A DNA stretch of 64,000 nt from Candidatus Bathyarchaeia archaeon. Its GTDB lineage: Archaea; Thermoproteota; Bathyarchaeia; 40CM-2-53-6. The DNA lies in NCBI GenBank assembly GCA_049513715.1, contig JBEKVV010000001.1, forward strand, positions 544,001 through 608,000. The letters are read 5' to 3'. Shown piece after piece: positions 60,701 to 64,000 of this stretch. Every line of letters starts with the position of its first letter. Position 1 is the first letter of the stretch. The notes below the pieces were generated by a model. That model saw only the letters and a list, made by a program, of their open reading frames with translations, ran no database searches and had not been told where the DNA came from. The translations under genes were made by a program, and so were the position numbers.

Positions 60701-60829
60701 CTTCTGACCGTGCGACCTTGCCTCCTTGACCAGCTCATAAGTTCCGTTTTCCTTCCAGAGGTTCCTCACTTGTTCCTCGGTTGCTTTCGGGTTGTATTGC
60801 TTCGGAAGTGCGCCTACCTGTCTACTCAC
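57773..60829 (-). CDS. ileS: Isoleucyl-tRNA synthetase
   Basis: DGPP, HIGT, WTTTPWTLP, GTGCVHSAPGHG, SRQRFWG, EMHKS. Confidence 0.96.
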   Translation of the reverse strand: MSRQVGALPKQYNPKATEEQVRNLWKENGTYELVKEARSHGQKFYFLDGPPFPSSDTPHIGTCWNKVLKDTIIRYKRSRGYHVRDQPGYDCHGLPIELAVEQKFDFKTKKDIEGFGLEKFVSECKRFAEMNSESMTQVFQDLGVWMDWAKPYMTHHDDYIESDWWSLKQAWTKGLFEHGQRVVHWCPRCETVLSDYEVVLEYKMLRDPSIYVKFPVEGKQNEFVLIWTTTPWTLPSNVAVMVNPDFDYARVRSDDEVYIIAKARMESVQKETGTHFELLESFPGTKLEGLTYRSPLEGLVPAQAKLKGGHRVVLSKEYVSMEDGTGCVHSAPGHGEEDYEVGIRSNLPVLMLVDDQGRLVSDTGKYAGKFVRDANPEVIEDLKSAGMLLFETEIEHRSPVCWRCKTPLIIRATEQWLVRVAHLKDQFIKDVDATQWIPIWAGASQFKNWLQNLKDWVVSRQRFWGTPLPVWVCGSCGQHEVIGSKQELLERSLAKVDLPNLHRPWVDKVRIRCKCGGEMARIPDVMVGWYDSGAASYACLSHPKYPEVTKLWWPADFIVEGRDQISGWFFSLLKAGMVAMDLRPFDTVLMHGFVLDDKGREMHKSLGNFVTSQEVVQKFGRDAFRYYVLQNTIWEDLRFSWDAVKQYSGDLGTFWNTFVFASTYMSLDKFSPTKWPIAKLTKSLRPEDRWLLSRMHRTIKYATEAMEQYKVYEAVRALKAFLVEDLSHTYVRFIRRRTWVEKQNRDKLAAYAILYTALKNALTMLSPIAPFLSESLYQDMFKNAEPKHPPSVHLLDWPSYDKKFLNDSLEEEMKAAQIVLSTIAVARIGKALKQRQPVPRITVASDAKPIRNALRTYSALLLEQANTRRLSGVPKQKSAKFESGPEAERFAKAEFTDGTVYLDLKLTRSELAEGLTRDAVRRMQQMRKEMDLQVDSYVHGYIIAPTAEKASMLQSKRSYLSHEVRAKRFVVATEKTELKEPYYIKTWQIDGGTYEFGLREVPRPAAKKLPTNKTAKKA

Positions 60830-61036
60830 TGTTGTTGCCTCCCAAGAATCTCAGACTCACAGAATACTCGCGTGCGTAACGGTGCAAAAGCCTCATGATA
60901 AGTAGTGCAATTAACCGAGTAAGCTTGCGATTTCTCGGTCACCTTTCAACCGTGACACCATTCACAACGGCTCTGAAGGCATTTCTGTATTTTAGTTTAA
61001 CTAACCCTTACGAGATACTGGCCGCATCCACTTGCC

Positions 61037-62053
61037 TTGAATCAGGTCGAGAGTTCAGTGTTCTGCTTAGGAATTGAGTCAACCGCGCACACTTTTGGGG
61101 CGAGCGTTGTGTCCGATAAAGGCACGATTCTCGGCGATGAACGAGATGTTTACGCTTCAGCTCCCGGAACGGGGATTCATCCTCGTGAGGCTGCTGAGCA
61201 TCACAGTGAGGTTGCGCCGCGGGTCATCGCTAGCACGATAAGCAAAGCCGGAATCGTAGCTTCGGACCTCAGCGGAGTTGCCATAGCGTTGGGCCCTGGC
61301 TTGGGTCCTTGCCTGAGGGTGGGCGCGACCGTTGCCAGAGCAATCTCTTCCTACTATCGGATTCCTTTGATTCCCGTAAATCACGCGATCGGCCACATTG
61401 AGATTGGGTTGTTGACAACCGGTGCCGAGGACCCCTTGGTCGTTCTGGTGTCGGGCGGGCACACAGCAATCGCTGCGTTCTCAGGAGGGAGATGGCGTAT
61501 CTTCGGCGAGACCGAGGACATTACGATTGGGAACCTGTACGACATGTTCGCCAGAGAAATCGGCCTACCCTCACCCGCGGGTCCGGAGATTGAGAAATTG
61601 ACGAAGACTGCTACGAGATTTATTCCGGTCCCATACGTTGTCAAAGGCAACGACGTGTCCTACTCCGGTTTGCTCACCGCCTCCCTTGCACGGCTTCGAG
61701 GAGGGGCGAAACTCGAAGACGTATGCTACTCTATGCAGGAAGTCTCCTGCTCCATGCTCGCCGAAGCGGTGGAGCGAAGTCTTGCATACACAGGAAAGAA
61801 GGAGCTCCTCCTAACAGGAGGAGTGGCGGCCAACAAGACCTTGCAGAAGAAGCTGGAAGAAGTGGCCAAGCTGCACGACGCCCGTTTCTACGTTGTCGAG
61901 GCGCCGTATACAGGAGATAACGGTGCGCAAATCGCTTGGACGGGAATGTTGGCCCTTCGTGCTGGTGTGATAACAACAGTGGAAATGTCGCGCGTCAGGC
62001 CGAAGTGGAGGTTGGAAGACGTTGATATCCCTTGGAGAAACGGTTCACCCTAA
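61037..62053 (+). CDS. kae1: KEOPS subunit Kae1 (t6A synthesis)
   Basis: GIESTAHT, VNHAIGHIE, VSGGHT, GGVAAN, DNGAQIA. Confidence 0.95.
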   Translation: MNQVESSVFCLGIESTAHTFGASVVSDKGTILGDERDVYASAPGTGIHPREAAEHHSEVAPRVIASTISKAGIVASDLSGVAIALGPGLGPCLRVGATVARAISSYYRIPLIPVNHAIGHIEIGLLTTGAEDPLVVLVSGGHTAIAAFSGGRWRIFGETEDITIGNLYDMFAREIGLPSPAGPEIEKLTKTATRFIPVPYVVKGNDVSYSGLLTASLARLRGGAKLEDVCYSMQEVSCSMLAEAVERSLAYTGKKELLLTGGVAANKTLQKKLEEVAKLHDARFYVVEAPYTGDNGAQIAWTGMLALRAGVITTVEMSRVRPKWRLEDVDIPWRNGSP

Positions 62054-62681
62054 GCTAATCTACAAAGGGGCCGAAGCAGAAATCTACCTAGAACACTGGC
62101 ACGGCCAACCTGTAATTCGCAAGAGCCGGATGCCGAAACCCTACCGCATACCCGAGCTGGACGAGGCAATACGGCGGATGAGAACTGCGCATGAAGCAAC
62201 CATGATGCAAGAAGTCAGAAAATTGGGCGTTCCAGTTCCCACAATCCAACACATTGACATTGAAACCTCCACGCTGATAATGGACTATGTCAACGGCTCG
62301 AGTTTGAAGGATGAGTTGAACAAACTGCCTATGCCAACAAGGAAGTCGAGATGTAACATGCTAGGCAGGCTGTTGGCGCAAATGCATGAGGGTGGGATAT
62401 TTCACGGTGATTTGACCATTTCGAACGTGCTCTCCGAGAACGGTAAGCTGTACGTGATTGACTTTGGTTTGGGGGATTTTACGCATGAACTCGAGGACAA
62501 AGGTGTCGATCTCCTTTTACTCAACCGTGTTCTGAAGAGCACACACTACCGATATCATGTTCCACTTTTCAAAGCCTTCATGGACGGCTACTCTTCAGTA
62601 GTTGGAAAGAAGCAGGGCAAAGAGACGTTTCTGAAGATGAAGGAAATTGAGAGGCGGGGTAGGTATTTTGAAAGAGGCTAG
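62022..62681 (+). CDS. bud32: KEOPS kinase Bud32
   Basis: KGAEA, HGDLTISN, IDFGL, RGRY. Confidence 0.93.
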   Translation: MISLGETVHPKLIYKGAEAEIYLEHWHGQPVIRKSRMPKPYRIPELDEAIRRMRTAHEATMMQEVRKLGVPVPTIQHIDIETSTLIMDYVNGSSLKDELNKLPMPTRKSRCNMLGRLLAQMHEGGIFHGDLTISNVLSENGKLYVIDFGLGDFTHELEDKGVDLLLLNRVLKSTHYRYHVPLFKAFMDGYSSVVGKKQGKETFLKMKEIERRGRYFERG

Positions 62682-63246
62682 GCACAGCGTTTACTTTGCC
62701 ACCCATAACCGGAGCAAGTATATGGAGGCCTCACGAATCGCCGAAGTTTTCGGGATTCAACTGAAGCAACTCAATATCGAAAAAGAGGAAATTCAGTCAG
62801 ACAGCCTCACCGAGATTGCTTCACACGCAGCTCTTCAGGCCGCAAAATCAAGACCCTACAGAGTGGTCTCCGAAGACGCAGGCTTCTTCGTTGAAGCACT
62901 AGGAGGCTTTCCTGGTCCATATTCGGCCTACGCCTTCCGAACTTTAGGCACGGCAGGCATCTTGAAGCTAATGCGAGGCGAACGAAACCGAAATGCATCG
63001 TTCATGGCGGCACTGGCATACTGCCAACCTGGCAAACATCCCGTCTGTTTCAAAGGTGTCGTGAAAGGAGTTGTGAGTAGACGCCCCAAAGGAACCAATG
63101 GCTTTGGTTTCGACCCCATTTTCATTCCTTTGAAGGGCGATGGTCGCACATTCGCTGAAATGAGCATCGAAGAAAAGAACGTCATCTCGCACCGAGCTGG
63201 TGCATTCAGACAGTTCTCACGATGGTTCACGTCGAAACGGGAATGA
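62668..63246 (+). CDS. rdgB: XTP/dITP diphosphatase (RdgB/HAM1)
   Basis: EDAG, GFPGPYS, GFGFDPIF, SHRA. Confidence 0.93.
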   Translation: MKEARHSVYFATHNRSKYMEASRIAEVFGIQLKQLNIEKEEIQSDSLTEIASHAALQAAKSRPYRVVSEDAGFFVEALGGFPGPYSAYAFRTLGTAGILKLMRGERNRNASFMAALAYCQPGKHPVCFKGVVKGVVSRRPKGTNGFGFDPIFIPLKGDGRTFAEMSIEEKNVISHRAGAFRQFSRWFTSKRE

Positions 63247-63329
63247 CGCTAGGTTTAGACAACTTAAATAATCAAGGTTCAAAGACTAGGCGACGATAGT
63301 CAGAATTCCAAACTTGGAGAGGATCGATC

Positions 63330-63779
63330 ACGGCTAGGCTTTACACAAGCAAACGAGGGCGGTCTGGGTCAACACGCCCAATCAGCAAGAAAACCCCAGC
63401 ATGGTGCAAATACACTTCGGAGGAAGTTGAGGCCTTAGTCTTGAAACTAGCCCGGGAAGGAAATTCCCCAAGCATAATAGGCGTGATGCTCCGAGACAGG
63501 TATGCTGTCCCACTTGTAAAGTCCGTCACGGGGAAGAGCGTGCATGAGATACTCAGTACGGGTGGTCAAGCCACACCCTTACCTGAAGACCTCAGCGTCC
63601 TGCTCAAGAAAGCTGGCGATATGAAGCGGCACTTGGAAAAGAACCGCAAGGACTACGTCAACAAACGATCACTCGCAATGATTGAATCGAAGATCCACCG
63701 CCTAGTGAAGTATTATCACGCGAGAGGGCTGCTTCGGCCTGAGTGGGAATACAAACACGTTGTGGCCTCAGTGGCATAG
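63330..63779 (+). CDS. rps15: 30S ribosomal protein S15 (uS15), apparent ACG start
   Basis: (M)ARLYTSKRGRSGSTRP N-terminus in frame from ACG 63330; ESKIHRLVKYY. Confidence 0.93.
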   Translation, partial: TARLYTSKRGRSGSTRPISKKTPAWCKYTSEEVEALVLKLAREGNSPSIIGVMLRDRYAVPLVKSVTGKSVHEILSTGGQATPLPEDLSVLLKKAGDMKRHLEKNRKDYVNKRSLAMIESKIHRLVKYYHARGLLRPEWEYKHVVASVA

Positions 63780-63782
63780 TAG

Positions 63783-64000
63783 ATGCCCACGGACCCAAAC
63801 CAAGACGCTTTCCTTGAACGTGCGAAACAGCTATCAGACGCAATCAAGGAAAACCTGCAAGCAGACTCGTTCATCACAGTAATCTCACACCACGACGCTG
63901 ACGGTCTTTCCTCCGCAAGCATCATAGGCGCTGCGCTAGCACGCGCCAAAGCCCGCTTCACTGTAAGAATCGTTGAAGAGCTGAGGGCGGATGTTGTGGA
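63783..64000 (+). CDS. RecJ-like DHH nuclease, 3'-truncated by window edge
   Basis: Hand translation MPTDPNQ...VISHHDADGLSSASII; follows rps15. Confidence 0.8.
   Translation, partial: MPTDPNQDAFLERAKQLSDAIKENLQADSFITVISHHDADGLSSASIIGAALARAKARFTVRIVEELRADVV

Overview
Archaeal chromosomal window of mostly housekeeping genes. The gene set suggests a TACK-type archaeon, plausibly Bathyarchaeia-like (inference from TFE-beta, Nop5/fibrillarin, Gar1-TFB, Kae1/Bud32 and the DUF3194-prefoldin cluster). Main result: the EF-2 gene (fusA, minus strand) is interrupted near its 5' end by a 28-nt frame-breaking, stop-containing insertion (33705-33732). The insertion folds into a bulge-helix-bulge (BHB) motif, and cutting at the standard BHB positions restores the conserved QIRNMGIIAH motif, so it looks like a tRNA-type intron in an essential mRNA. 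About 4 kb away, a tRNA-Gly(CCC) carries three non-canonical BHB introns (positions 3/4, 15/16, 45/46). Other points of interest: an SMC5/6-like operon (short SMC, kleisin-like, kite-like); two AhcY paralogs with SIH-type and SAH-type fingerprints; a divergent TGT-fold protein; apparent ACG starts (rps15, possibly a HAD gene); a dispersed repeat resembling tRNA 3' ends next to accessory genes; a phased palindrome array; and several small ORFs missed by the ORF track. All calls come from reading the sequence by eye; no searches were run.
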